From assembly GCF_964355755.1 (NCBI RefSeq), contig NC_092679.1, positions 18,025,432-18,089,431 on the forward strand: a DNA stretch of 64,000 nt, written 5' to 3'. How positions within the stretch are numbered: position 1 is the stretch's first letter; every line of letters starts with the position of its first letter. The notes under the pieces are model-generated. The model was given only the letters and a program-made list of their open reading frames with translations. It ran no database searches and was not told where the DNA came from. This document shows positions 37,401 through 50,772 of the stretch, piece by piece. The position numbers and the translations under genes are program-made. The stretch comes from Antedon mediterranea (Eukaryota > Animalia > Echinodermata).

Positions 37401-40400
37401 GCAATATTGTCTTACACCTAAACTCAGCAAGTCCAACCTATTCTTTAAAGATTTATTTTGGGACCCAGCAACAAATGAGGTGAGGCTCCTATATATCATG
37501 TTGATTCACCAAGTTTTTGACAAATTTGTTGAATGAATAAGTTTGATTTATTTTTATACCGTACCGTACACGAACAAAAACAGATAAAAAAGAAACAAAA
37601 ACGCAATCATTTTGTATGGTACCAAAGATAGCCCTCTAAATGTGTGGAGTTGTGGCTTGGTGGTTATGATGCTTGGCTACCACTCTAATACCCCTTTCAG
37701 ACCAAAACTTCGGAGTGATTGCCGGAGACACCGTGGGTTTATGACCATTCAAAATGTTGAGAAACTCCGGAGATACCCCTTTCACACCAACCTAGCAACG
37801 TCGTGAGGTGGTTTCCCGAATGATCGTAAAATCAAAACGGTACTGTGTATGACCAACTAGCGTTATTGTCACCGACTAGTCATCCATTCATAGAAGTACT
37901 GATGTAGTAGCCTACCTGTACGGTGACCATAGAATGTGACCCGAGGCATGACTAACTACGACTTTTAGTTGATAGAAGATTGAAAAAATTGTTAAGAAGA
38001 GTTGTACTGTATGTGGATGTTTAATGAAATTATTTCAATAATGTTTACACACTAGGCATATAAATAGTAATGTTTGTTAGTAAAAATAATTTTGAGTTAA
38101 TAAGAATAAGATATAAGGAAGAAAAGCAAAGAGACTATGGAGCGGCTATTCCTGAATATACAATACTAAGTATCGTAGATTTAAATTATAAATTTTAGGC
38201 GATCTTGTCAAAGGTCAAGCGCCATATAGCCTGCCACGTTTCGATATTCAATATTGAACTTGACCTGACGTGGTTCCATGGTATCTTTATATGAAAATGG
38301 TAGAGTGGATAGAAAATAATTAATTAAAAATTTACCTTAAAATGGTTTTGAACTGAACCGGTGGATGTCTTGTTGTTAATAATAATAATAATAATAATAA
38401 GATTTTTATAGCGCACATACCACTCCAGAGTGCTCAAGGCGCATTTAAAAATAAAAAAGAAATAAATCATACAAATTCCTGACAAATAAAATGCAATTTC
38501 TTTGGAGGGTCCCCATCATTTTGTATACCTTTTCCTGGCCAGCATTATCTTTGGGGTGCCTCTGTCTTGGTTGTTGTCTCTAAGCACCCGGTCGTCTGTG
38601 GCAAGGCAAATGTGTATCCTGCTCCTTTGTTTGGTCACCTAGGTAGGGGTCCGGGACCGCGACAGAACGAAATACTCTATGTTCGATATTAGTGCGTGTG
38701 CGTAATAGAATGAAATGCTTGCGTATGATGTGCGTGATACAGAGTTGTACAATAGTGTATGCTTATAAGTGTATCGTATAGGTATATAATATGGTAGAAT
38801 ATGAAAAAGTAGTATAGAATGTAGAAATTAGGAAATGTTTGTTAATAAAAAGAATAGATTTTGAATGTGAGGAATGACTTATGACGGTTAGATCCCACTA
38901 GAGATCTATGTCAGCTCCTAGGCCTGTTTAACATATTAGATAAAAATACAATACTACCATCACATTTTTCCTGAGGAAACGTCTAAAATCTTATAATATA
39001 AAATTTATAAACTGTATAAAAAATATTAAAATGTTTTGGCCTATGTACAGAGAATTGGCACATTTACATCTACCTCCAATCATACAGTAAATGTACAGCA
39101 TAATGAGACCCTCAAACAGGAATATCCTCAGCCCAGATGAAAGTTGTTGTCTGTGTTGATCATACCTGTGTGAAATTCTGCCCAGTAGGCTGCAAGTCAG
39201 ATTTTTCTCACAAATAGATCAATTAACCAGGGAGACATATTTTTTACCACTCCCTGATTTAACATGAAGAGGGCATTCGGAGTGTTATAACATACATAGT
39301 AACTTTAGATCATGCAATATTATATTACTTTAACAAGTATTATTGCTATTTCATTTGTTTTCTACAAACAGAGTTCTACTCTATTAGTATTATTTAATTT
39401 TCGCGCCGCGGCTCTAGCCAGCTATGTCCCAGGAGGACACATTCATTAATAAGCTGTTTCATAGCGGTAGCTTTAGTATCTAAGGCTGACAGTTTTGTGA
39501 ATTTGGAAACTCGACTATAATTTATAGGTAGCTGCTGGACCCAAAAAACGTCTGGGAGAAGAGAGTCTATATGAAAGCCTTTGCTGATAATACAGTATTA
39601 TTGAGATGTAGACGGAAATCTGTAAAATCTTGTTTAATAAATAATAACTTCGTTTTTGCTGTCAACCAGGCCGGTATTATAATAAGTCACTGTCAAATAA
39701 TCATTCGATAATGGTCAAAACTTTATTTTGGCTCTGTCAACATGAAGGGAAGTATTTACAATGACTTTCTTTTTTATGACTGTCAATCTAGGCCAATGTT
39801 ATAATAATACGCCGTCAGATATTAAATCATTGAAACAGTCCTGGTAAATTTTTTTTTGGTTATCAGATGCCGTGGGGGGGGGGGGGGGTAGGTCCAATCA
39901 ATTATTGTCAGAAGGTGAACAATCAGTCTAGGTAGCAGCAGCAGATTATTAGGAACGCCTGCTCCATTAATTAATCCAGAAAAAGGTTTGTACATTATCT
40001 ATTTGTTTATTAGCCTTCTCCTAGCACAATTATATTTTCTTTAAAAAAAGGTTTTATAAGTTGTTTCAACATTTATGATAGTAATGTTACAGTTCTGTGT
40101 CTGGACGCAAGTTCATAGACCTACTAGTTATATTATTCATATTAACTGATACTTACTCTTCATTTACCGTAAAGTTCAGTTTTAATGAAATATATAATAT
40201 AAATTGGCTTCGTAACAATTAATTAGTGTTGAAAAGGTTAGTTTTTTGGTGATAGGTGAAAATGGCATGTAACTTCGTAATCAATTTTTTTTTTTGTATA
40301 AAGGCCCAATTACACTATGACGATAACGACGGACGATAATATATAAGCATGCATTTCTTTTACATAAACCAAAAGAAATTAGAAAGGTTTTCGTTCTAGA

Positions 40401-43400
40401 CCTATAGGATAATCATTTATGCTGTCTTTGATAAAAATAATGTTTTTCAAATTCCAATCAAATGACGTCATGATAAATAAAAACAATAAAATCGCTGTAT
40501 TGTCACGATATTATTGGTCTTACTAATCATGACGTCATTTGATTGGACGTGTGAAAATATAATTTTCATCAAAGGAATTGTTTATATTTCTTTTGGTTTA
40601 TGTATTAAAAATGCACATTTGTCTATTTATCGTCGATCGTTATTGTCCTAGTGTATGGGCCTTATGCTGTAAATGTTCAATTAATTGATCATTCCGATTT
40701 TATTAGTTGGACTCTTGCACAGTTGCTGTCTAATTGTTGTTGTGTAATATCATTTCGAACCATATTAAAATCATAAAGAGATTCATATTCCTTAACATGT
40801 GGCTGTGCATGGAAGTCTGGTCTACACAAACTCGGGCCCGGGCCTGAAAGTGTTGGTGAATTCATAATTATACTTAATATTATATTTATATATATATATA
40901 TAATTATATTATTATACAATTGAAAGCAAAACCCGTTGAATCTCAAATCATTAGGACTAGAAATTTGGCTTATCAATCAAATAAATACTTTCGTTCAAAA
41001 TGAAACTCCAACCTCTCTAATCAAAAGATTGAACTCGAAAACGGACCGTTTTTTTGAATTGGGTATGTTGAAACATTTCAATATTCATTTAAAAAAGTAC
41101 ATTAATTACGGTATTGATCAGTGGCTATAGAGGCGTAAAAACCCTCGGTCAATATCATGTAAAACGCACTGTGGAAGGGTCATTATTAAGACTGCAAAAT
41201 TGGGCTTATCAACAAATAAATACTTTCGTTCAAAATGTAAAATCAAGGCTGAAAAATTGGGCTTATCAACAACAAAATATTTTATTATTAGACGCGATAA
41301 CATCAAGGATAATCAGTATAATTATTAATATAGCCACTGTTAATAGTTTTATTCTACATGCTAAAGTAAATAAAAATCCACTAGAAAACAAGCAAGTCTG
41401 AATGTTATGCTTATTAGCCATTCTATGTTTGTTACTGTAGGCCTATGATTGTTTGCAATGTCCACATATTATTTCCGTGGGCATATCCATAGTGTATCAC
41501 TCACAAAAAAGACGTGTGAGGTTCTTTCTTTAGATTTTGAAGAATGATTTGTGTTACAGGTTCACACAAGAGTCAAATGCTCAAGATATCAGCTAACGCC
41601 ATGGGACCCTTGGCTTATCAATGAATAATAAATACAGTACTACTTTCGTTCAATTGAAATCGGAATCTGACCGTTTCATTAAATTGGGTGTGATTAGGCC
41701 TAAACATATAATAATTTATTAAAAAGGTACAATAAAAACAAATGCATCAGAGGCGTAAAGAACCCACGGTCAATATCATGTAAAATGTATATGGTATAAG
41801 CACTGTGGAAGGGGTCATTATTATTAAACTGGAAAATTCGGCTTATCAACAAATAAATACTTTCATTTAAAATGTAAAATAAGAATGCAAAATTGGGCTT
41901 ATCAACAAATAAATACTTTCGTTCAAAATGTAAAATAAGACTGCACAATTGGGCTTATCAACAAATAAAATACTTTTTTTTCAAAATGTAAAATTAAGAC
42001 TGGAAAATTGGGCTTATAAACAAATAAATACTTTTTTTCAAAATGTAAAATTAAGACTGGAAAATTGGGCTTATAAACAAATAAATACTTCCGTTCAAAA
42101 TGTAAGAAAACATTTTTTAAATATAATCCTTAAGCTCTGTCTATACTATCAAACTAAATATGATGTGCCCATATTATATAGACATGACGATGTCATATCA
42201 CTACGATATTCGGGCATATCACTACCATATTTGGGCACATCACACTTTTTTTGTTAAACTAGTTGGGACAGTGTAGACAGAGAACTATGCGATCGAAACA
42301 TAAGTCGGAATTGGACTGACGCGATTGATTTAATTGGGTATTTTTATTAATGTAATGATTCATTAAAAACTATAATACCGATACGCGTTTGGTATTGATC
42401 AATGGTGCAAAAAACCCTGAGAAATAATGTTATAACGCGATTTGGTGATAGCTTAGCAATAATACAACCCATATACTATTATTATAAATACCTATTACAA
42501 ATCCATTCATATAACTTTTCATCGCGAACCGAAAATGTATTAATGTTATTCTACAGACAGTAATTATATATTCAAAAGCCATATTATTATTATTATCAAT
42601 ACCTAAATGCGATAGTAAATAACCACATACATTATTCCCAATACAAGTTTGTGCGTTTAATTCTAGAAAGAAACGACTGTGCTGACAGGCCAATGACATA
42701 AATCACAATTAGTAAAGTCCCAATTGTTCACTTGCGTTTTGATTGGCCGACCTATTATATTAGATTAATGAAGACTGTTCTTACAACTGTCCAGTCAAAA
42801 AGTTACGCGGCGTTTTTTGTAAGAAATATTTCTTGTTCAATATTATTTTATATGCTAGCCCAAATTTGCATAACAAGACTACACATATTGCCTGGTGCAT
42901 GTCTTGTTGAGTAAGCCTAGATGTGGTCAGCCAATTAAACTTGATAGATGATATTAAGTTGGCTAGTTTGGTGTTTAGATAAGCTAGTACAGTAATAATC
43001 TGATTTCTGATAAAGGAAACAGAATAGGGGAATCTTTTTTATTTAACCATCTAATAAAAATTTAGAAAGATGAGAACCGGCCAATAGTTTGATAGTGTTT
43101 CAGTTTTAATTTCTGGTTACAAATGACTTTTGATGGAATGAATTGCGTGACTTGTATGACATGATTAAATAATAACTTTCACAATCTGACTTTCTCATTT
43201 GATTCTACTTTCAGATTCGGGCCAGGAATGTCAAAATGCAAAAAATTGTTGTTTTAACCATGATTAGAAACATTCCAACAGTTGGTGTTGGTAAGTTTGA
43301 ATTATCAATTAATCAAGAATAAGACAATTATGCAAACAATAAAAATCAAACAATAATAAGTTCGAAGAATTAAAAAAACATATGAAAAGTGCATCTTCAT

Positions 43401-46400
43401 ACTTTCATACTGTCCCAAAAAATAATTCTTAAATATTGTTATTCACATTTACTAAATTCATTAAGGCATTTTGTCAAAATGTTTAGCACTGACACTAACT
43501 GAAATTAAAATGTTATGTTTTCATCCATTTCGTAAGGCTATTTATTAAGATAATTTTTTTTTTAAATTTTTTTTTGTTTTATTAGTCTTTATTTTTGAAG
43601 TTTTTGGGGAAAATACATCTTTAAAGATTAATTGTTTTTTTTTTAGGTTTAGAAGTTAAAAGCCGACATGTAAGGATATGTTTATTTGATGGAGAAAAGG
43701 TTAGTTTTAGTAGTAGTAGTTTTTAGTACAATAATCAAATTTTGAAAGATCCATATTTTGCTCCTTAGTACTCTACTGTGTATTGTTTTAAATGGGAAAA
43801 ATTCGACCCTTTTTTTTATAACGTAACTTGTTACTATGACACTACAAGATTATCAAAATAATAGTCCATATTTTGCCCATTTAAAAAAAAAGATGAGTGG
43901 GATTGGAGATGTGGATGGCTTGACCACTTGAGCCACTATTATTATAATGGTTTTTTTTTTTGTTTAGGTTCTTAGTAATATCCATACAATACAGGCAACT
44001 TGGACGGAGGTAGATGAAAAGTCTTGGAGGTTTTCACCTAAGGTAAAATCTACATTGAAATTTAATAGAAACTGATACAAACAATAAGAATGTTACATAC
44101 TGTGGAACTAAGGCGTGGAAAAAGATTAAGTATGCTACACACTGCAACTAAGGTGTGGAAGAAGATAAAGAATGTTACACACTGTGCAACTAAGGCGTGG
44201 AAAAAGATTAAGTATGCTACACACTGCAACTAAGGTGTGGAAGAAGATAAAGAATGTTACACACTGTGCAACTAAGGGTATGTTCAGACCTACGGAGTTA
44301 TGCTTTCGTATCACAGCCAAGGTCATATTTTAATGAGCGTCGTAAGAGCAAAGTGTTCAGATTCATTGCAACGAAGTTGCGTTACAAACGGATATGATGT
44401 CACTCGCTGGCGATTAACCAAACTCTAACGCACGTATAGACCTAGGCCTACCTTCGTTGTTATTAAAAGTAGTAGTGGTTGGGGTAAGAGTTACAGGCCT
44501 AGACCGAACACTTGGGCTCGGCATTATCGATGGGTTGTCAGGCATACCAACCAGCCGATCGTTTTGGGGTTTGTTTTTATATTTGGTCTAGGCCTAAAAT
44601 ATCATTTATGGCAGAAAAATGTTCAAATCCCGTACTTGCACCGGCTCCAGACTTATTTACTCGGTCTTTCGCTGCTTTATACGACGACCCCTTCAATTTC
44701 GTTTGGATATAATTTAAATCCTTCTTTATTATGAGGATGGCCCATCTGCTATCTAACGTGTCCGCCATCTCGTTGAACACAGACATCTTGTTGCCGGTGC
44801 TTTTACGCCAGTTTTTCACTTCCAACCGATCTCTAAACTCAGGGCTTCCCACTAATGAAATAAGGTATTTTACTTCGGTTTCTCGCCAATGCGCACGCTT
44901 CGATGACATTTTAAATTAATTAATATAATAATATTAATAATAATAATACTGTATACCTAGTGTAACAACAAACAAAAGGTATGATTTTTTCGCACGTTCA
45001 CCGATCACAACAAATGGATCAGCTTGGCTGTACGATGAGGAGCACATGTCACGATGTGATGTGGCGAATATTGTAATTTGATTGGCTAGATATCAAACCT
45101 AGGTCATATTCATCGATGCGTGACTTTCGTATTGTAAGCGACGTCCACTAAACTCATACCTTGAGCTTTCGTAGCGTACGAAATATCAGTGTCGTACGAG
45201 GTGGCTTCCACTAATCTTTTCCTGGTTCAGACCTATGGACTTGTACGCCGCGTACAATACGAAAGCATAACTCCGTAGGTCTGAACAGGCCCTAAGGCGT
45301 GGAAAAAGATTAAGTATGCTACACACTGCAACTAAGGTGTGGAAGAAGATAAAGAATGTTACACACTGTGCAACTAAGGCGTGAAAGAAGATTCCAAACA
45401 TGATAATAAAGTACTTTCTGTACAAACTAGATAAACAACACTTTCTAAACTCAAACTGATTATTCTCTTTTGTCCAAGAATTTATTTATTATTTATATAT
45501 ATTATTTATTTATCATTTACCATTTATTAATTTTTTACAAATTTAATTTGTAATAAACAAATAGTTACTTTTCCAAGATAGGGTTTGTGAATGTGTGTAA
45601 ACAATGAAATATCTTGAAAATACTTGTTGAAGCTGCAGCACTCATGTGTCCCTTTTTACTCCATTATAACAATAAATTAAATTTATCATAGGTAATTGGT
45701 CAGATGTTTTGCCCGTCTCTGATGTAATTTGTACTTGATACAGTTAGTAGTACATTGAGAACACTTAATTTTCGGGTGGGTCTTGAACCCACAACCTCCA
45801 GATCACTAGGCTAGTGTCCATACCTCTATACCACCGAGCTTGCACTGATGGCTTTTCAATCTACTTAGTATAAAGTACAAATTATGTCAGAGTAGGGGAA
45901 AACATCTGACCAATTACTTAACACCCTGATGCGAAGCTATTCCACAGTCATTTTTCAATTCAATTACAATCCTATAATCATAGGTAACTGGAGTTCTTCC
46001 AAGTATTCTGGATGGAGAATGCTTTATTAGGACAAATAAAACAGATGAGAATTTAGGTAAGACTAATACAGTATATATTTTTATTGTTTGTCTGCAACAT
46101 GAATAACACTGACTTATCTGTTTACACACACGTCCTTACCATGTATCAGGATCCCCTATTATTTTAGGTTGACTTATCCTGTTTTCTTAAATTAAATGGA
46201 TATATTTTGTTGATGTACAAGAGTTCTGTTATGTACATGTTATCTAGATTGGTCATGTGATCAAATTTCAAATTTTTTTTTAGGTTTATTGATTGAGGTG
46301 TGTTTATCCTATGTCAGAACGGTAAGTTTAATTTTTAATCTCAATCTTTCATTGTGTGGTCCAAATCTCTCCATATTATGCATATTTTGAAATGAATAAA

Positions 46401-49400
46401 AGTAAAGTTGAATTAATACACTTTATTAATTATAGTAAGATATACCACAGTAAAGATAAATAACTAAGCACTTGCTTTATCTGCCTTTTTCGAGTAAAAT
46501 TTTTCTATAGATATAATATGTTTAATTATTTTGACTGAATACAGAAAACGGGTGAAAAGGGCGAATTTAGTTGTGGATGGGTAAATCTACCATTATTTGA
46601 ACCAACCACTGGAGCTCCTATCCTGAACAAGTAAGTTACTTGTAATTATTGGTTTACAGTCGCTACTGTTGAGAGATCCTATATATATATATATAAACAC
46701 CACAGGCACAGAACAATTATTCTAAACCGCCCGGTGATATACTGAAATGTATGAATTTATTTGAAACGATAAGATGAGGAACTATGTGAGAATGAGAAAA
46801 AGAAGCCCAACCGAGATTCGAACCCGGAACTAATATGCAGATGTCCTAACCATTAGATCACTGAGGCTTTCATGTGTTGTTCAAATTCGATTGGACACTC
46901 TCTTTAAAGGGGGATTCTGGGTTTAAAATTGCTTTTAAATATCGTTTATTTATTAAATAAAAAATATTATAACAATATAGACATGTCAGAATGAAGAAGT
47001 AATAACGAGAAATAATAAAAATTAAATTTCATATACATTTTAGGGTAAATTCATGGAAAGTTTGTTTTTCAGCAGCTTAGGGAAGCTCATTAATATTCAT
47101 GAGATATTCACAGAATCACGTCATCAGTGGATTCCAAACTCGCGACGTCAAGCTTGTACAGTACGTTGTGTTCTCTCTCCTCTGTCAAACGACGACCACC
47201 CGATCATTGTGAAATACATTTTTTGTAGATTTGCTAAGCTAGGCCTAAAGTGTAATAATAACAGTAGTAGCTGCTAGCATATATTTATTTGACATTTAAT
47301 GAAATACAAAATTTAGTACAGATTACGGAGTCATACCTCGAATTAATAGTACAGATCGTATATCGGCTTCACGTACTAGGCTAGGCCTAGCCTAAATCAT
47401 TTTATTCATGCCAGGGTGAGAGCCATTTCTGACTAGGGATTCCATGCCACGATGGCTACGTTAAAACATTGATTGGGGCCATCATTCATGGGCCTAGCTA
47501 GCCTATTACTAAATGATTGGCCCATAAATAACAAAACTCAGTGGATTCCAAACCCATCCTATCAACCAAACTCCTAAACAATCTAAATCTAAAACGTTCT
47601 ATAAAAATCGGCTGTAAATATTGAGGCAAAACAAGGTCCGATCGCCGTCCGCACGTATGGTGTCCCGATCGTCTAATAAGTAGGCCCAGTTACTCTCCAA
47701 AAAAGCGGATACTGCATCAAGCAAGTAGACCGGTAGTAGGAAGGAGACCTAGCCTAGCCTAGCCGATCCGGCCCAGTTAAAAATTGAGCTAGCTAGTGTA
47801 GTAGACCCTATGCGAATTGATACTACCAAGCCTTTTACTATAGGCTACACTTGTTAAAATTAGCAATACTGTAGTTATGTTTACAAATATTCCAACTCTC
47901 TCATTCGAGCTATATTATCTATACCATTCCGGTAGGTTGAGTCGACCTTCAATCAAATACTGTACATCGTTCATGTTGTGATTATAGACGGGGTATACTC
48001 GATCCGACCAGTTTGGTATTGTATACTGTATCTGCTTATCACGTGACGATGCCAGGCATGGGCAGAGAGAGCACGTGTATCGTCGTCTCGCTCTCCTCGC
48101 TCAGTAGGAATGTATACGTTACGCTTCATTGATTTTGAAGGCTTTCCCTAAGTCAGTGCGAAAATCGGCAAACGTAAAGTGCAAACTTATCTAATTTTTC
48201 TCTGTTTTGATGGATTTTCATAGAAAATTGACTTTATAAATGGGAAGACCGACTAAAATTACATCAAATAAGTATAATTTTACAAAAGTAATTGATATGG
48301 TTAATGATAACGAGTCGTCGGAAGATTGACCATTTCACGAATTTCCTATTCTGTAACCACAGTGTGATTTTGCCGTAGCTGCACTTGTAATCTGGCCTCA
48401 TTTCACAGCCTTCGTTCTGCTTCACTGGGCGCTTATATAAATTGAAACTTTTACCGTTCAAGAGACAAACAAATATATTTTACATTTTTTACTATTCATT
48501 TTAAACCCGGAACCCCCCTTTAACTCTTCAACACTTTCGGCATGGTACGGCAGAACAGCACTACATATATATTTTTTATAGTTTCCTATGGATAAAAATT
48601 AATTGTTTATAATTACAGCGTGTATGTGTTTGGGAAATTTCCAATTTTCTTCTGTGTTTTTTTGATTGGCTTTATGTTATAATAATTAATGTAATAGTTG
48701 TTTCCTCATGTTTACATGTAGTAAACTATAGCTGTATGATAATAATGATAATACATAACTAGTTACCAAACTACATGTATGATGTATAAATTATTATCGT
48801 TAGTACGTAAATAAGTTTTCATTACATCTTTCTTTCATTTTCATTGCCTTTTATCTGATTATGTACTTGTTTCCCTTATTATTATGTTGTTATCAGTATA
48901 ATAATATTTTCATATACTTCCTAACATCTTTCACTCAAATTTCACTTTATTTTGAACTCATTTTGAATCTGTATTAATAGTATTCAAACCTTACCCCCTT
49001 TCAACCATTTTTTCCCCAACACATTAAAATTTCAATCTTCACAGGTCATATTCAGTGTTAAAGTTCATATTTTAGTATTGTTTCAAAATAAACTGTATAT
49101 TGTACTGTTATTTTGCCTGATACAGTAGAACCCCTATTTAAGGAGTCATCTTCAGAACCCAATTAAGTATCTCCTTAATAGGATGTACCCTGAATAGGGG
49201 TGACCAAAGGAAGCAGTTCTATTACAGTATAAAATTTACAGTCAATTCTCCCAATACCGGACACCTTTGGGCTGGCCCAATATGTCTGTTTTTCCGGAAA
49301 GTCTAGTATTCGGAATGTGTTTATAATCGTAAAAATTAATTTGAGACTGTTTGGACTTCAATAAGAGTATGGTATTGGGAGAGTTTCCGGTTTTCAGAGA

Positions 49401-49731
49401 GTCCGGTATTGGGAGAGTTGACTGTAGTAATATAATATTAATGATATATAAATATTGTGTTCTAACAGGGCTTATGAATTAGATGTTAAAGGTGGGACAC
49501 CTTATGAACAAGATGTAGACGTTGATCCTTCAATAAGTCGAAAAGGTAATAATCATACTCTAATGCTCAATTATCAAAATATTTTGTGCCCCAAAGCACT
49601 ACTCATTGACATTATTATATTTAATTTACAGCTTCTACCAGTAAACTGCGTTCTATGTTGTCGGCTAACAAACAACCGCGATTATCGCTCAAGTTAGTAA
49701 CACCAACTAAAGAACAAAAGACGTTCATGGA
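28472..49731 (+). CDS. NPHP1: Nephrocystin-1 (ciliary transition-zone protein: coiled coil, acidic region, SH3, NPHP1 homology domain); 3' part not found in the window
   Basis: In-frame GT-AG exons: 28472-28531, 29010-29101, 29433-29568, 29674-29735, 30038-30634, 31830-32004, 32305-32378, 33277-33397, 33484-33578, 33766-33835, 33926-33971, 34318-34345, 35368-35410, 36585-36669, 37388-37479, 43215-43290, 43647-43699, 43968-44042, 45984-46056, 46284-46321, 46545-46630, 49469-49545, 49632-49731. SH3: [33 protein letters not shown]1-specific: [66 protein letters not shown]. Confidence 0.93.
32530..33035 (+). mobile_element. 5'-truncated LINE 3' end (Rex/Babar-like C-terminus) in an NPHP1 intron
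   Basis: [31 protein letters not shown], followed by aataaa and a (atcttgt)n tail. Confidence 0.6.
35631..36510 (+). mobile_element. 5'-truncated CR1/L2-group LINE with an (AATC)n tail, inserted into a MITE (35525-35630 and 36511-36547)
   Basis: [43 protein letters not shown], an (aatc)n tail at about 36485-36510, and atatt repeated at both junctions. Confidence 0.85.
40303..40661. mobile_element. Degenerate foldback MITE (ggccc termini, Harbinger/PIF-like)
   Basis: ggccca..tacactatgacgataacga ... tcgttattgtcctagtgtatgggcc, with internal inverted blocks ccaatcaaatgacgtcatgat / atcatgacgtcatttgattgg. Confidence 0.7.
41825..42105. repeat. Minisatellite of about 57 bp (5 units), with further units at about 40955-41000, 41190-41275 and 41610-41655
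   Basis: Unit ctg(g/c)aaaattgggcttat(c/a)aacaaataaatactttcgttcaaaatgtaaaat(t)aaga. It produces spurious repetitive ORFs. Confidence 0.85.
42133..42283. mobile_element. MITE with agctctgtctacactatcaaact-type TIRs; family also at 49981-50131 and 35525-36547 (split)
   Basis: Shared termini and internal atatcactaccatatttgg.ca subrepeats. The 49981-50131 copy has clean TIRs with TA/TAA flanks. Confidence 0.75.
44276..45292 (-). mobile_element. Non-autonomous PIF/Harbinger DNA transposon carrying only a Myb/SANT-like ORF
   Basis: 36-bp TIRs ggg(ta/cc)tgttcagacctacggagttatgctttcgtat, TAA target duplication at 44273-44275 and 45293-45295, and no DDE nuclease ORF. Confidence 0.88.
44577..44909 (-). 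CDS. Myb/SANT-like (trihelix) DNA-binding protein of Harbinger type, possibly truncated
   Basis: [51 protein letters not shown]. Confidence 0.7.
   Translation of the reverse strand: MSSKRAHWRETEVKYLISLVGSPEFRDRLEVKNWRKSTGNKMSVFNEMADTLDSRWAILIIKKDLNYIQTKLKGSSYKAAKDRVNKSGAGASTGFEHFSAINDILGLDQI
45692..45917. mobile_element. MITE with TIRs of about 55 bp enclosing a tRNA-like core
   Basis: gtaattggtcagatgtttt..ctctga..taatttgtactt / aagtacaaatta..tcagag..aaaacatctgaccaattac. The minus-strand core has tggtatagagg (A box) and ggttcaagacc (B box). Confidence 0.7.
46908..48519. mobile_element. Non-autonomous Kolobok-like DNA transposon (1.6 kb) inserted in a tRNA-derived repeat
   Basis: TTAA duplication at 46904-46907 and 48520-48523. 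Imperfect TIRs agggggattctggggtttaaaat / attttaaacccggaacccccct. The host repeat resumes after the insertion. Confidence 0.8.
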
Positions 49732-50772
49732 GTAAGTTAATCTTCTTTTTGTTTCTGTAGGGTAATAAATTTAAAGTAACATTTTTCAGCAGCTTATTGA
49801 AAGATCACACAGAAGACAGTGGACAGTAGTCTAGTAAGTCATTCTTAGCCTGTTGTATCGTCATACTGTCCTGTTTAACATTTCATAAAGGTAAAAAAAA
49901 AACAGACAATTGTTTCTGCAAATGTTTGATAAATTTATTATTTAAAATACACTCATATTGCATAGTATGTACAATACTAAAGCTCTGTCTACACTATCAA
50001 ACTAGTGTGAAGTGTGAAGTTGCCCAAATTTGGTAGCGATATTCTCAAATATGTGACATCATCATGTCCATATATGGGCACATCATTTTTTTGGTCACAT
50101 AATGATAAAGTTTGATAGTGTAGACAGAGCTTTAGGTCCGTATCTTTGATATTTAAAAAAAATTAGTTTAACGGTTTCTCAAGTTTTTTTTTATACTTGT
50201 GACCTAGTTTTTAATGTAAAAACTCCTAGTACTATGACAAGATTTGAACTCGGTACCCTCAGATTTGTAAGCAAGAATGTCAACCACTGAGCTACAGTAC
50301 ATGCTACTTATTACATTGCATCTTATTTTATTCAGGTATAAAACAAATATTGGATCATATAAAATTTAAACAAGAAACATCAAAAGACATAAATACAAGA
50401 AACATCAGCATTTTGCATCATTTGTTATCTGAGTAAAATTTCCATTAAATATTACAAACACTTTTTTTAATTCTATATTACTTTGTTATGTCATGTCAAG
50501 TGCAAAAATCTACAATAATAATTTTGAAATGTTTTAATATACCAAGTTATTACGTTTTTTTCATTGTATTAAGCACTATTTTCATAGCGCTTTGACATAT
50601 ATACATATATATTACATAAAAACAACAAAATAAAAAGTATGGAAAAACAACAAAATCCAGGTCCCCCCACAACTGTTACCATGCCAGGCGGGGAAACGGA
50701 ATATTATTATTATTATTATTAATTAAAGAAATGATTAGGTTTTTTACAATATAGTTTAGACATTTTGTTTTT

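Larger units (their letters stand above)
44075..45390. repeat. Minisatellite with an 82-bp dimeric unit (about 40+42 bp), interrupted by the Harbinger element
   Basis: actaaggcgtggaaaaagattaagtatgctacacactgca alternates with actaaggtgtggaagaagataaagaatgttacacactgtgca, at 44075-44275 and 45293-45390. Confidence 0.85.

Noticed and set aside
37686-39320. Possible further transposon interrupting a SINE head in the long NPHP1 intron
   Set aside because: The left end looks repeat-like, but I could not find a matching right end, target duplication or coding remnant.
41825-42105. Regularly spaced direct repeats resembling a CRISPR array
   Set aside because: Units are contiguous with no unique spacers, there are no cas genes, and the context is eukaryotic intron. 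It is a minisatellite.
45770-45842. Functional tRNA genes here and at about 4455, 4745 and 17585
   Set aside because: A/B boxes are present but no convincing cloverleaf, and all are embedded in repeats.
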